Positions 46,280-57,110 of a stretch of 64,000 nucleotides of DNA are shown here, piece after piece. The stretch's first letter is position 1. Each line of letters opens with the position of its first letter. The stretch spans positions 1 through 64,000 of the forward strand of contig JACRCW010000109.1 in assembly GCA_016218805.1 (NCBI GenBank). The letters run 5' to 3'. Both the position numbers and the translations under genes were made by a program. The notes beneath the pieces were generated by a model. The model had not been told where the DNA came from. It did not search any database and saw nothing but the letters and a program-made list of their open reading frames with translations. The stretch comes from Deltaproteobacteria bacterium. GTDB taxonomy: Bacteria > Myxococcota > JACRCW01.

Positions 46280-47566
46280 TCACTCCATGTCCACTTCCAG
46301 GAACGGGACCGCCTGGGCCTGTTCCAGCTCGCTCTTGGCGCCCTGCAGCTGCTCGTTGGTCTCGCGCAGGCGGTGGCTGAGCACCTGCACAAAGCTCCAC
46401 AGCAGCTTCACGGCCAGCACCGGCTCCTTGCGGATGAGCGCGTAGAACTGCTTGCGGCCAATGACCAGCACGCGCGTGTTCTCGCGCGCGGTGACGGTGG
46501 CGGAGCGCGGGGACTGGTCCACCAGCGCCATCTCGCCAAAGTGTACGCCGGGGTGCAGTTCCACAATCTCCTGGCCGCCCTTGCTGACCACCACGCGGCC
46601 GGACAGGATGATGAACAACTCCTCGCCCTCCTGGCCCTCCTTCACCACCGGCGTGCCGGCGTCATACACCTGCAGGTAGGTGATGTTCAGCACCTTCACC
46701 AGCTCCTGGTAGGTGAGGTGGCGGAACAGCGGGATCTTCTTGAGCGTCTCCAGCTTGAGGTTGACTTCCTCGGCGCGCGCCGCCTCCTGGGGCTGCTCGC
46801 CGCCCTCGGCCAGGGCGCGGATGATGATGGCGGTGATGTTGTCCTTGCCGCCGCGGTTGTTGGCCAGGTCCACCAGCTGGCCCGGCAGCGCCTCCGCGTC
46901 ACGCGCGCCCAGCAGCTTGCCCAGCTCGTCATTGTCCTCGGTGTAGCCGTGCAGGCCGTCTGAGCACAGCAGGTAGGTGTCACCGGGCAGCACGTCAAAG
47001 AACAGCGTGTCCACCTGCACGGAGGGCTGGATGCCCACCGCGCGCGTGATGACGTTGTTGTACGGGGAGCGGCGCGCCTCCTCCTTGGTCATCTTCCCGC
47101 GCTTGATCATCTCCGTGACGTACGAATGGTCCTCCGACATCTGGTGCAGCTTGTCACCGCGCTGCATGTACAGGCGGCTGTCCCCCACGTGGCCCATGAC
47201 GGCGTGGTCCCCCACCATCACCACCATGACCAGCGTGGTGCCCATGCCGGCCTTGCCGGACTCCTTCTGGGACATGTCGTGGATCTCAGCGCACGCCTTC
47301 TGCACGCTCTTTTCCACCAGGCCAATGACCTTCTCCCGCGTGGTGGGGGTGTCCTTGGCCTTGAGGTCCTCCAGCAGCGTCTTGTTCCGGGCCACCTCCG
47401 CCTTCACCACCTCCACCGCCTTGGCGGACGCAACCTCGCCGGCCGCGTGGCCACCCATGCCGTCACACACCATGTACAGCCCGAGGGACGGCTCCATGTA
47501 GAACGCGTCTTCGTTGTGGTTCCGCTTCCGCCCGACGTCCGACTTGGCCCAACCTTCCACGCGCAT
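46280..47566 (-). CDS. PP2C/PPM Ser/Thr phosphatase with C-terminal cNMP-binding domain
   Basis: DVGRKR.HNED, CDGMGGHAAGEVAS, HVGDSRLY, CSDGL, GGKDNIT; FGEMAL....PRSATV. Confidence 0.93.
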   Translation of the reverse strand: MRVEGWAKSDVGRKRNHNEDAFYMEPSLGLYMVCDGMGGHAAGEVASAKAVEVVKAEVARNKTLLEDLKAKDTPTTREKVIGLVEKSVQKACAEIHDMSQKESGKAGMGTTLVMVVMVGDHAVMGHVGDSRLYMQRGDKLHQMSEDHSYVTEMIKRGKMTKEEARRSPYNNVITRAVGIQPSVQVDTLFFDVLPGDTYLLCSDGLHGYTEDNDELGKLLGARDAEALPGQLVDLANNRGGKDNITAIIIRALAEGGEQPQEAARAEEVNLKLETLKKIPLFRHLTYQELVKVLNITYLQVYDAGTPVVKEGQEGEELFIILSGRVVVSKGGQEIVELHPGVHFGEMALVDQSPRSATVTARENTRVLVIGRKQFYALIRKEPVLAVKLLWSFVQVLSHRLRETNEQLQGAKSELEQAQAVPFLEVDME

Positions 47567-47837
47567 GGTGTCCTCGTGCTTCAACAGGCGCGGCCCGGGT
47601 GGGGAACGCGCAAAGGCGGCTCCGGTAGCAGAAGTGCGCCCGGCCCCGCAAAGCCGTGCGCCACGCTATGGCCACCGGGGCGGGCCGCCGCAACCCGCCC
47701 AACGACCGTGGGTTCCTGTCGCACCACCCTGTGCGCGCAGGTGGGACAGGGATTCCAGGAACTTGACGGAGCGCCGCCGTGCTGGTCCAAGGACGTCGTT
47801 AACCCCGTCACGGCGCCCGAGGCGCGCGAGGTCTCCG

Positions 47838-48839
47838 GTGGCCCTGCCCCGCAAGAAGCTCGGCGAAATCCTGCTGGAACTGGGGCTCATTGACACCGAC
47901 CAGCTCAACAGCGCGCTGGCGCACCAGCGGCAGTGGGGCATGCGGCTGGGCCAGGCGCTGGTGGTCAAGGGGTTCATCACTGAAGGTCAGCTGGTGCACG
48001 TGCTCAGCCGCTCGCTGGGCATCCCGCTGGTGGACCTGTCCACCGTGCAGCCGGACAAGGACGCAATCAAGCTGGTGCCGCCGGAGAAGTGCGAGGCCCA
48101 GGAGATCCTGCCCATCTCCCTGGAAGGCCAGAAGGGCCGCCGCGTGCTGGTGCTGGCCATGGCGGACCCGCTCAACTTTGCGGTGCAGGAGGAGATTGGG
48201 TTCACCACCGGGTGCAAGGTCAAACCGGTCATCGCGTCGTACACGTCGCTGGGGCAGGCCATCCGCAACTGGGTGCGCGGGGACCGCCGCGTCGTTATCC
48301 AGCCGTTGATGCTGCAGCGCCCGTCCCAGGAACAGGCTCAGGCGCCCTCCGCCCCCGACGAGGAGCCCATGGTCATGGTGGCCCGCGGCGGGCTGGAGGA
48401 GCGCGTGGTCACCAGCGGGCAGGCACCCGTGCGGGTGACACCGTCGTCACCGCTGCCGCTGCCGCCGCTGCCCGCGGCGCCGCCACCGGCGCCAGCACCC
48501 GCCGGGTCGCCCTACGGGCCCGCCGCGTCCGGCCAGTGGCCCACCACGCCGCATCCCGGCTACCCGCCCGCTGCGCCAACCTACGCCTACCCGCCGGCAC
48601 CCGGTCCCGCGGCGGCGGCGCCCACCCGCCCTCCCGTCCCGGGCTGGCCGGCGCAGCCCTCCCAGGTCCCCGCACCGGCGCCCCCGCCGCCCGCGCCCGC
48701 GCCGGCGTCCGTTCCTCCCGGAGCGCTCAATGACCCGGTGGAGGAGCTGGAGAAGAAGTTCTGGGCCCTGATGCGCATCCTGGCGCGCAAGGGCATCATC
48801 ACCAAGGACGAGTTCCTCAAGGAGCTCGGGCTCAACTGA
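47838..48839 (+). CDS. MshEN / GspE N-terminal domain protein with Pro-rich tail (no ATPase)
   Basis: [13 protein letters not shown]....L..AL..Q and RLGQALV..GFI tandem motif; LAMADP. Confidence 0.85.
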   Translation: MALPRKKLGEILLELGLIDTDQLNSALAHQRQWGMRLGQALVVKGFITEGQLVHVLSRSLGIPLVDLSTVQPDKDAIKLVPPEKCEAQEILPISLEGQKGRRVLVLAMADPLNFAVQEEIGFTTGCKVKPVIASYTSLGQAIRNWVRGDRRVVIQPLMLQRPSQEQAQAPSAPDEEPMVMVARGGLEERVVTSGQAPVRVTPSSPLPLPPLPAAPPPAPAPAGSPYGPAASGQWPTTPHPGYPPAAPTYAYPPAPGPAAAAPTRPPVPGWPAQPSQVPAPAPPPPAPAPASVPPGALNDPVEELEKKFWALMRILARKGIITKDEFLKELGLN

Positions 48840-48849
48840 GGAGTGTTCC

Positions 48850-49806
48850 ATGGGCATGGCGACGGGCGACGCGGGGATTCCCCGGGACCTGGAGGCGGCA
48901 ATCCTGCGCCTGAAGAAGGAGCGCAACGCCATCCTGCTGGCCCATTATTACCAGGAGGGTGACATCCAGGAGCTGGCGGATGTCGTCGGGGATTCGCTGC
49001 AATTGAGCCGGGCGGCGCAGAAGGCGGACAAGGACGTCATTGTCTTCTGCGGCGTGCACTTCATGGCGGAGACCGCCAAGATCCTGAACCCCACGCGCAA
49101 GGTGGTGGTCCCGGACCTGGAGGCCGGCTGCAGCCTGGCGGATGGCTGCCCCGCCCCCGCGTTCAAGGCGTTTGTTGCCAAGCACCCCGGCGCCGCGGTG
49201 GTCAGCTACATCAACTGCTCCGCTGAGGTGAAGGCGCTCTCCGACGTCATCTGCACGTCGTCCAACGCGGAGAAGATTGTGCGGGCCATGCCCCAAGACA
49301 AACCGGTGATCTTTGCACCGGACCGGCACCTGGGGCGGTGGGTGCAGAAGAAGACGGGCCGGGAGCTGGTGCTGTGGGACGGCGCCTGCATTGTCCACGA
49401 GCAGTTCAGCGAGAAGGCCCTGGTGCGCCTGCTCACCCGCCACCCGGAGGCGCAGGTGCTGGCGCATCCCGAGTGCGACGAGAGTGTGCTCAAGCACGCG
49501 CACTACGTGGGTTCCACGACGGGCATCATTGAGGCGGCGGAACGCAGCCCGGCGCAGGTACTCATCATTGCCACCGAGGACGGCGTGTTCCACCAGATCA
49601 AGAAGCGGGTGCCCAACAAGGAGCTCATCCAGGCGCCCGGCCAGGACGAGAGTTGCGCGTGCAACCAGTGCCCGCACATGCGGCGCAACACGATGGAAAA
49701 GCTGTACCTGTGCCTGCGCGATCTCCAGCCGGAGCTGATGCTCGACGAGGACCTGCGCAAGCGCGCGCTCAAGCCCATGGAGCGCATGCTGGAACTGTCC
49801 GCGTGA
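48850..49806 (+). CDS. nadA: Quinolinate synthase
   Basis: [47 protein letters not shown]. Confidence 0.97.
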   Translation: MGMATGDAGIPRDLEAAILRLKKERNAILLAHYYQEGDIQELADVVGDSLQLSRAAQKADKDVIVFCGVHFMAETAKILNPTRKVVVPDLEAGCSLADGCPAPAFKAFVAKHPGAAVVSYINCSAEVKALSDVICTSSNAEKIVRAMPQDKPVIFAPDRHLGRWVQKKTGRELVLWDGACIVHEQFSEKALVRLLTRHPEAQVLAHPECDESVLKHAHYVGSTTGIIEAAERSPAQVLIIATEDGVFHQIKKRVPNKELIQAPGQDESCACNQCPHMRRNTMEKLYLCLRDLQPELMLDEDLRKRALKPMERMLELSA

Positions 49807-49853
49807 ACCGGTTTCTGGCGGGTGCTGCCCTCCCGCGAATAGACTGACCCGCC

Positions 49854-50642
49854 ATGGTGGCGTGGGCACTTTCCATTGCAGGGAGCGATCCTTCCGGAGG
49901 CGCCGGCATCCAGGCGGACCTCAAGGCGTTCCACGCCCGCGGGACGTGGGGCTGCGCCGTCCCCACGCTGCTCACCGTGCAGAACCCGTCCGGAGTGCGT
50001 GACGTGCACCCGGTGGCCCCGGAACTGGTGGAGGCGCAGGCGGAGGCCGTGCTGGAGGAGATCCTCCCCGGCGCGGTGAAGACGGGCACGCTGCACAACG
50101 CCGCCATGGTGCGCGCGGTCTCCCGCGTGCTGGCCACCCGCCCGCAGGTCCCGTACGTGCTGGACCCCATCATCCTCAGCGGCACCGGCCGGCGCATGCT
50201 GGATGACCACGGCGTGTGGGCCATGACGGAGCTGCTGCTCCCGCGCTGCACGCTCATCACACCCAATGCGCAGGAGGCGTCCGTGCTCACCCGCCGCCCC
50301 GTGCGTGACGAGTCCGAGGCGCGCGAAGCAGCGCTGGCCCTGCAGGCCTTGGGCGCACGCGCCGTGCTGGTCAAAGGCGGCCATTTGGGTGATGCGGATG
50401 CGGTGGACGTGCTGTTTGACGGCGCGAAGTTTGAGACCTTCACGCACCCGCGGCTGGACGTGGCGCGCGTGCACGGCAGCGGTTGCCTGCTGTCCGCCGT
50501 CATCACCGCGGAGCTGGCCAAAGGCGCCACGCTGGCCGCCGCCGTGCGGGCCGCCAAGCGCCTGCTGGCGCGCGCGCTGGAGCGCGGTCACCGGTTGGCC
50601 TCCGGCGTGCTGCTGCCGGACCCGCACGCACTGGCGGATTGA
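49854..50642 (+). CDS. thiD: Hydroxymethylpyrimidine/phosphomethylpyrimidine kinase
   Basis: SIAGSDPSGGAGIQADLK, ITPN..EA, VLVKGGH, HGSGC.LS. Confidence 0.93.
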   Translation: MVAWALSIAGSDPSGGAGIQADLKAFHARGTWGCAVPTLLTVQNPSGVRDVHPVAPELVEAQAEAVLEEILPGAVKTGTLHNAAMVRAVSRVLATRPQVPYVLDPIILSGTGRRMLDDHGVWAMTELLLPRCTLITPNAQEASVLTRRPVRDESEAREAALALQALGARAVLVKGGHLGDADAVDVLFDGAKFETFTHPRLDVARVHGSGCLLSAVITAELAKGATLAAAVRAAKRLLARALERGHRLASGVLLPDPHALAD

Positions 50643-50738
50643 CGTCCCGGGTCCGGCCGGCGTGGCCGCCCGCACTCAGGCATGCTGCGTGACGGCGGGT
50701 CCTGCCCTTGAAGGCTGAAGGTCCCACCAGGAGGCGCC

Positions 50739-51782
50739 ATGAAGCTGGACGCAGTTCCCGAAGGGCTCGTCGAGACGGTGGCCAGCCTGCTGGGCGTGGT
50801 GCCCTCTCCTGTCATCCGGCTGCTGTGGAGCACGGTGCTGCCCCGCATGGTGGTGCCGGCCATGCGCCTGGGTGTGTTTGAGGCCATTGCGCAGGACAAG
50901 CATGATCCAGAGGACATTGCCCGCGCTTGCGATTGTCACCCCGAGGGCATGGCCATGCTGCTGGCCGGGCTCAACGGCTTTGGCTTTCTCAAGCGCCGGG
51001 GCGGCCGGTACTTCCTGGCGCGGGATACGGCGCGGTGGATCGTCGCCAGTTCGCCGTCATCCGTGCGCGCGGCCATGGAGTTCTCCCCCGTGCTTGACGA
51101 GATGATGGCGGGGATGGAGGACGCCATCCGCACCGGGCAGCGGAAGAACATGCATGAGACGCCGCACAGCCCGCAGTTCTGGAAGGGTTATCTGGAGGGA
51201 CTGGGCGCGGTGGCGCGCATCACGGGCCGCGAGATTGCCGCGCGGCTGCGGGTGGGCAGTCCCAAGCGCATTCTTGACGTGGGCGGCGGTCACGGCTGTT
51301 ACAGCGTGGCCTTCTGCACGCGTTTTCCAGACGCCACGGCGGAGGTTCTGGACCTGCCGCCCGCGGCCGAGGCCGGCCGCGCGATTGTGTCGCGCCTGGG
51401 CTTCAGTGACCGCGTAGGCTTCCGCGAAGGCGACCTGCGCACCACGCCCTGGGGCGACGGTCACGACGTCATCCTGCTGTTCAACGTGATGCACAACCTT
51501 CCCGAAGCGCTGGCGCAGGAAGCGGTGCACCGCGCGTACAGTGCGCTTGCTCCCGGCGGGAGCTTGGTGATTCTTGACGGGGATCACGCCGGCAAGAGCG
51601 GGGACCTCAATGCCGCGGAGGGTTTTGGCGAGCTGTTCTTCTACGCCATCAGTTCCTCCAAGACCTGGCCGGAGCCGACGCTGCGCGCGTGGCTGAAAGC
51701 GGCGCATTTCAAGGAGGCGCGCAAGCTCCGCCTGTTCACGTTTCCCAACATGCTGTTGTTGCATGCGCGCAAGGGCGCGTGA
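50739..51782 (+). CDS. SAM-dependent O-methyltransferase (dimerisation domain + Methyltransf_2)
   Basis: LGVFE.I, ILDVGGGHG, LDLP, FREGD, FNVMHN, LAPGG. Confidence 0.88.
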   Translation: MKLDAVPEGLVETVASLLGVVPSPVIRLLWSTVLPRMVVPAMRLGVFEAIAQDKHDPEDIARACDCHPEGMAMLLAGLNGFGFLKRRGGRYFLARDTARWIVASSPSSVRAAMEFSPVLDEMMAGMEDAIRTGQRKNMHETPHSPQFWKGYLEGLGAVARITGREIAARLRVGSPKRILDVGGGHGCYSVAFCTRFPDATAEVLDLPPAAEAGRAIVSRLGFSDRVGFREGDLRTTPWGDGHDVILLFNVMHNLPEALAQEAVHRAYSALAPGGSLVILDGDHAGKSGDLNAAEGFGELFFYAISSSKTWPEPTLRAWLKAAHFKEARKLRLFTFPNMLLLHARKGA

Positions 51783-51958
51783 CTGGCGGCGCTGCTGTGC
51801 TCACGCGTGCTGACGCGGTTTGCCACCACCCGCCCCATCCTGGTCGCCCGCGCTCCACCGCCAGCACCTCGTGCGTCTCGGTCACCATGCGCGGCGCGTC
51901 CGGATGGCGGCGGACCTGGATGACGTCCCCGGCGCGGCGGACCACATTGGAGCCGCGC

Positions 51959-53098
51959 CTACCTGAGAAACGGACTGCGGTGCGCCACCACGCGCTGCAT
52001 GGGGGTCAGCGCAAGTGACGTTGCCACCGGGTCACGGTGCATCAGGTTCACGCGCGCGGAGGCATCATCCTCCGGCGTGTCCGGCAGCGGGTCCACCACG
52101 AACGAGCCGTCCGACGCGGACGCCTCCACCGGGTGGAACAGCCCCAGCGCGTGACCCAGTTCGTGCGCCAGGAGCAGTCCGGTGCGTTCGTGCGCCTGCA
52201 CGTTGTCCGCGCGCCAGTCAGCCCGGATGAGCACCAGCGAGGCCACCGTTCCCATCCCCGCCGCCAGCGGGAGGCTGGTGACCATGGACGGGACTTCCGT
52301 TTCTCCCGTGCCGGGAGTGCTCACGGCCAGACGCTCCAGCACCACGACGTCCACCGCGGTCCCTTCCGGCAGCGTTGCGGCAAGGTCCTCCAACTGCGCC
52401 GACCGCAGCGACGGCAAGGGGAGGACCAACTCCGACCTGCTGGAGGTCACCCGCGCGAAGCGCAGCACAATCCCCGCTTGCGCCCACACCCCGCGCGCGT
52501 GGTCCAGCGTGCGCAACAGCCACGGGTGCGTGACGTCGTTGTCGTCCGGCAGACCGGTTGCCTGGTGGAGGTGCAAGCGCACGTCCAGCACGCGGTCACG
52601 CGCGGGGGGAGCGGCGGCAAACACGGCCTGCACATCCAGCACTCCGGACCATGGCGTCACGCCGCCGTCGTCAGGCACGTGCTCCACGCGGAAGGTCAGC
52701 ACGTGCTTGCCCGCGGGGAAGTCCGCCGCGGGCCCATCAGGACAGCCAAACGCCACGGCGCCCCACCCCGGTCTGGTCCGGCAAGGCCCCCACAACCCCA
52801 GCCCCGTCCCGGCGGACCATTCCATTTCTGCCAGCGTCACGGCGCGTCCCGCATCCGCGGTTGCCAGCACGCCACCCCGCGTGTCCCAGCTGCCCAGCGC
52901 AATGCGTGTATCCCGGGGCGCACCGGAAACGTGCACCAGTGCGGCCGTTGCGTCGTCGGGAACCGCCACCGCCACGGTGGCTCCTCCGTCAGAGACCTGC
53001 ACCGCGGTATGCACGGGAGCGGGGCCCGCGTCCGGGCCGGGCGGCGCGGGACAGGCCGCCGCGGCAAGAGACAGCGCAAGGACGACCGGCCGCAGCAC
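51959..53098 (-). CDS. Metzincin (M43/pappalysin-like) lipoprotein
   Basis: AAAC lipobox; HELGHALGLFH; D.L.DTP; NLM Met-turn; LTP.Q. Confidence 0.75.
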   Translation of the reverse strand: MLRPVVLALSLAAAACPAPPGPDAGPAPVHTAVQVSDGGATVAVAVPDDATAALVHVSGAPRDTRIALGSWDTRGGVLATADAGRAVTLAEMEWSAGTGLGLWGPCRTRPGWGAVAFGCPDGPAADFPAGKHVLTFRVEHVPDDGGVTPWSGVLDVQAVFAAAPPARDRVLDVRLHLHQATGLPDDNDVTHPWLLRTLDHARGVWAQAGIVLRFARVTSSRSELVLPLPSLRSAQLEDLAATLPEGTAVDVVVLERLAVSTPGTGETEVPSMVTSLPLAAGMGTVASLVLIRADWRADNVQAHERTGLLLAHELGHALGLFHPVEASASDGSFVVDPLPDTPEDDASARVNLMHRDPVATSLALTPMQRVVAHRSPFLR

Positions 53099-53196
53099 GT
53101 TCCTCCTGTGGCACGCGCCGCGTGGGGCGCGCCAGCACAGCGCGTCGTCGCCTGGCGCTTGCGCAAACAGCGGTGCTCTCGTACCCGGGTTGTTAC

Positions 53197-54009
53197 ATGC
53201 GCATCGCTACGCTGCTGCTCCACTTGGCCCTCGGCCTTGCGGATCCACCCGTCGAGAACGGAGCCCCCCCGGCGCCGCCCCCCCCAGAAGGCGGCGCGCC
53301 TGCGCCCGTCCAACCGGACCCGCCCACGGTCTTCCCCGACGTGGATGACGAGGACTCCGAGGGTGCCAGGCCGCGGAAGAAACCGAAGAGCAGCCGTGAC
53401 CGCGAAGACGACGACGAGGCGGACGCGACGGAAGCTCCCGCCAATCCCCTGATGGTCGGCGCGGGGACGGGGGCCGCGACCTGTGCCGCGGGGCTGGTGG
53501 CGGGCGGATGCCTGCTGCTGCTGGGTGTGGTCCCGTACATTGGGGGAATGGTGCTGGGGGCCACCGTGATGATCGGCTGGGCGGTGGTTTCCACGGTGGC
53601 CAGCACGGCGGGATTCCTGGCGTCCAAGAAACTGAAGTCAGGTGGCATCCCCATCTACTTCATTCTGCCGGCGGTTCTCATCCCGGTTGGCCTGGCCGGG
53701 GCGTTGGGCGCCGCACAGTTCCTCGTCGCGTCGGCCATTGGCACGGCGTTGTTCCTGGCCTGGTCGTTCAGCGGCTTCGTCGCGGGCACCGCCATCAGCG
53801 GGAACGGCGGTTCGGTCGTGCTGCTGGGGATGATCGCCGCCGCCGTGGTCAGCTGGGTCGGTCTCCTCGCGGGCGCGTACATCGTGAACATCCTGCTGCA
53901 GTCCGCCGGACTGGCCCTGGGCTCCGGGATTGTGGGAGGGCTTGCCGCGTTCAAGACCTGGCAGGACAACTCGCAGGCCAGCAGCGACGAGGATGACGAC
54001 GACGATTGA
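53197..54009 (+). CDS. Hypothetical multi-TM membrane protein
   Basis: Pro/acidic N-terminal segment, then a long Gly/Ala-rich hydrophobic region. Confidence 0.6.
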   Translation: MRIATLLLHLALGLADPPVENGAPPAPPPPEGGAPAPVQPDPPTVFPDVDDEDSEGARPRKKPKSSRDREDDDEADATEAPANPLMVGAGTGAATCAAGLVAGGCLLLLGVVPYIGGMVLGATVMIGWAVVSTVASTAGFLASKKLKSGGIPIYFILPAVLIPVGLAGALGAAQFLVASAIGTALFLAWSFSGFVAGTAISGNGGSVVLLGMIAAAVVSWVGLLAGAYIVNILLQSAGLALGSGIVGGLAAFKTWQDNSQASSDEDDDDD

Positions 54010-54125
54010 GGCGAATCACGGCGAATGGGCCGGGTTGCCCTTCATCCGGGAAAGGTGAACGATGGTACCCGCCGGCCCGTGCGGACGGGGCGCAGGCTGA
54101 GGGCCGGCCTGCGCAAGGAGCGTCA

Positions 54126-57110
54126 ATGCTGGGTCTACACGTCATGGCGTTGTGCCTGCATGTTGCGGCCGTTCCGCAGGCGGAGCGTGTGCGTCAGATG
54201 GTGCGTGATGCCCGGGCATCCGGCACACCGTCACCCTGGGGCGCGCCGCTGTTTCCGGCGGAAATGGAAATCACGGATATCCGCGAGACCGAGGGTGCGC
54301 TGGTGGTGCAACTGCGCGGCCTGACGCGTTCGCCGCCCTGGCAGCGCGAAGTGGTGGAGGAACTCCAGCGCGAGACATTGCTGGGATCCGCCGCCGCCCA
54401 CGAGGTCACGCGACCGATCCGGTGGGAGCGTGCCGAGGACGGAGCGCCGCTGTGGCACTCGGATGCGCGCGCGGTGTCCGGTCCGCCGGTGGTGGAAGTC
54501 CGCAAGGAGCGTCCCACCGGCCATCCCTGGGGGCGGCCGCTTGCGGGCCGGCGCATCGCCCTTTCTGCGGGCCATGGCTGGTTGGACAACGGTGGCAGCT
54601 GGAGCACGCAGCGGGTCCGGTGGGCCTTCACCGGGTGCGGCGCGTGCCGCGGCATCACGGAGGACTTCTTCACGGCGGAACTGGTCACGGGCCACGTGAT
54701 TCCATTGTTGGAGAACATGGGCGCCACCGTGGTGCTGGTGCGCGAGCCCGACCTGTCCGACGCCACGGAAACCCTGGTGGACAATGGCGACGCGGCCTAC
54801 GGCGAGACGGGCACCTGGGCGGACGGCACGGCCACCGGCGGATGGGACGGCGATTACCGCGCGTATCCGGGCGTGGACGGCGTGGCGCGCTTTGACGTTG
54901 CTGTTGGAGCGCCGGGAAGGCGCCGGGCCAGCGCGCGCTACGTGCACGGAACCAACCGAAACACCTCCGCGGTGTTGACGCTGCATCACGCGGGCGGCAA
55001 CCGCGTATTCAATATTGACCAGACGCAGACCGGCACGTGGTGGATGGACCTGGGAGAGGCGTTCTTTGACGTGGAGGGCGCTTGGCTGACCTGGTCCGCC
55101 AACCCGGCGGCGGGGTATCTTGTTGCGGACGCAGTGAAGGTGGGCGGCGGGATGTTTGCCGCGGCGCGCAAGCCGTTCTGGCAGATGGCCGCGGAGTCCT
55201 ACGTGCCGTGGAGCGGTGCGCCCGCGGACGTGACCGCACGCGGTGATGTCACCATCCGTCCTGCGTTTGTCCAACATGTGGGCGCTGACGTCTACGTCTC
55301 CATCCACGCCAACGCTTCCGGCGTGGCCGGCGGCAGCAGCGCCAACGGAATCTCCACCTATCGCTACTCGTGCTGGGCGGAAACCGCGCAATACTCCGAC
55401 CACACATCGTCAGCCGGGGCCGCGGCGTGCGACGATCCTCCGGGCTCACGGGAGCTGTTGGACACCGTGCACGCCGCCGTGCTGGCGCGGCTGCGCCAGG
55501 ACTGGGATCCCAACTACCGTGACCGCGGGCGGTTGGTGGCCAACTTTGGTGAAGTCCGGGAATTGACGGATATACCGGGAATCCTGATTGAGACCGGTTT
55601 CTTTGATAACCTGGAAAATCCCTCCGGCACGCCGCCACCGCGGTACGCGGACAACCGCACGCTGCATGACCCGCGCTGGCGTGATGCGTTTGCGCATGGG
55701 CTGGCGGAGGGACTGGCGCGTTATCTGGGCGCGGGAACGCAGGCGCCACCCCTGCGTCCCACCGGGGTGCGCGCGGTGAACCAACCGGACGGCACGTTGC
55801 GTGTGGCGTGGGACGCCGTGACGGGTGCGGACGCGTACCGCGTCTACGTAGCCCGCCATGAGCGCGCGTGGGATGAGGGTGCCGTCGTGAACGGGATGGT
55901 GACGGTGCTGGCGGATGTTGCCCCGGGTGAGGTGGTGGCAGTCCGCGTGGCCGCGCTGGGTGAGGGCGGGGAGGGCTTCCCGTCTCAGGCGGTGGTGGCA
56001 CGCCGGCGGGGCGCGCACCTGGTGGCGCACGCGCCGGCGGAGCTGCTGGTGCTGCAGGCATATGACCGGCGTGACGCCTGGGTGCAGACGGTGGACAACG
56101 ACCTCAACCACGCCGTGGAGCACGCGGAGGCGCTCCGGCGGGTCACGGGCATGGACGTGTATTTTGACGGCGCGCTCGACGAGGCGGTGGAGCAGGGCGC
56201 GGTGAGCCTGTCCGACTACCGGGTGGTGGACTTTGCGGCCGGGAAGGACTCTGCGCAGGATGAGAGCGTGAGCACCGCCATGCAGGGCCTGCTCCGCGCC
56301 TACCGTGATGCCGGCGGCGGACTGTTCATCTCCGGCGAGGAGATTGGCTACGACCTGGTGGACGTCTCCACGGATCCCGCCGACGAGGCGTTCCTCTCCG
56401 AGGTGCTGCTGGCCACGTACGTGGCGGACGATGCGGAGACGTACATCATGCAGGCGCCGCCCACGGGCCCGTTCTCCGGGCTGGCGGACCTGATGCTGGA
56501 TGATGGCACTGGCGGCGTCTATGAAGTGGTCTATCCGGACGTGATGGCGCCGACGGCGGACGCGGAAGTGGCGCTGGTGTACCCGGACGGACGCGCGGCG
56601 GCAGTGGCGGGAGCGGGGCTGGTGTTCCTGGGCGCACCGTTGGAGGCGGTGGTCCCGGTGTCGTCGCGCGCGGCGCTGCTGGAGCGCGTTCTCCGGTGGC
56701 TGGTGCCGGAGCTGTCCACCGGTGACACGGACCTGGACGGCGCCTCTGACGCCTGCGAGACCGCGTACGGCCTGGACCCTCTCTCCGACGTGGACGGCCC
56801 GCTGGATGCGGACGGTGACGGCACCTCCAACGCCGTGGAATGCCAGCGGGGGACCTCACCCGTCGCGGCGGAGCAGGACGGCGGGACCCTCCCGGACGCG
56901 GGCACGTGGACTGACGCCGGCAACGCGCAGGACAGCGGCAGCGGTCAGCCGGACCCGGGTGGCGCGGGAGACGCTCCGTCGTCACCGTCGTGCGGGTGCG
57001 GCACCACCGGGCACGGAGGCACACCGCTCAGCACCGCGGCACTGGTGCTGCTGGCCGTAGCGGCTCACAGGCGGAAGGCGTGCCGCCGGACCAGTTCCGC
57101 GCCGCAGTAG
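54126..57110 (+). CDS. Secreted N-acetylmuramoyl-L-alanine amidase (Amidase_3) with golvesin-like insert, FN3 and MYXO-CTERM-like tail
   Basis: ALSAGHG, TED, VSIHANA, PGILIETGFFDN; LVDN.D...ADAVK insert; FN3; CGC + TM + RRK tail; start estimated. Confidence 0.82.
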   Translation: MLGLHVMALCLHVAAVPQAERVRQMVRDARASGTPSPWGAPLFPAEMEITDIRETEGALVVQLRGLTRSPPWQREVVEELQRETLLGSAAAHEVTRPIRWERAEDGAPLWHSDARAVSGPPVVEVRKERPTGHPWGRPLAGRRIALSAGHGWLDNGGSWSTQRVRWAFTGCGACRGITEDFFTAELVTGHVIPLLENMGATVVLVREPDLSDATETLVDNGDAAYGETGTWADGTATGGWDGDYRAYPGVDGVARFDVAVGAPGRRRASARYVHGTNRNTSAVLTLHHAGGNRVFNIDQTQTGTWWMDLGEAFFDVEGAWLTWSANPAAGYLVADAVKVGGGMFAAARKPFWQMAAESYVPWSGAPADVTARGDVTIRPAFVQHVGADVYVSIHANASGVAGGSSANGISTYRYSCWAETAQYSDHTSSAGAAACDDPPGSRELLDTVHAAVLARLRQDWDPNYRDRGRLVANFGEVRELTDIPGILIETGFFDNLENPSGTPPPRYADNRTLHDPRWRDAFAHGLAEGLARYLGAGTQAPPLRPTGVRAVNQPDGTLRVAWDAVTGADAYRVYVARHERAWDEGAVVNGMVTVLADVAPGEVVAVRVAALGEGGEGFPSQAVVARRRGAHLVAHAPAELLVLQAYDRRDAWVQTVDNDLNHAVEHAEALRRVTGMDVYFDGALDEAVEQGAVSLSDYRVVDFAAGKDSAQDESVSTAMQGLLRAYRDAGGGLFISGEEIGYDLVDVSTDPADEAFLSEVLLATYVADDAETYIMQAPPTGPFSGLADLMLDDGTGGVYEVVYPDVMAPTADAEVALVYPDGRAAAVAGAGLVFLGAPLEAVVPVSSRAALLERVLRWLVPELSTGDTDLDGASDACETAYGLDPLSDVDGPLDADGDGTSNAVECQRGTSPVAAEQDGGTLPDAGTWTDAGNAQDSGSGQPDPGGAGDAPSSPSCGCGTTGHGGTPLSTAALVLLAVAAHRRKACRRTSSAPQ

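Noticed and set aside
51736..51945. Short minus-strand ORF or gene remnant
   Set aside because: No RBS or recognisable domain, and it overlaps the methyltransferase 3' end.
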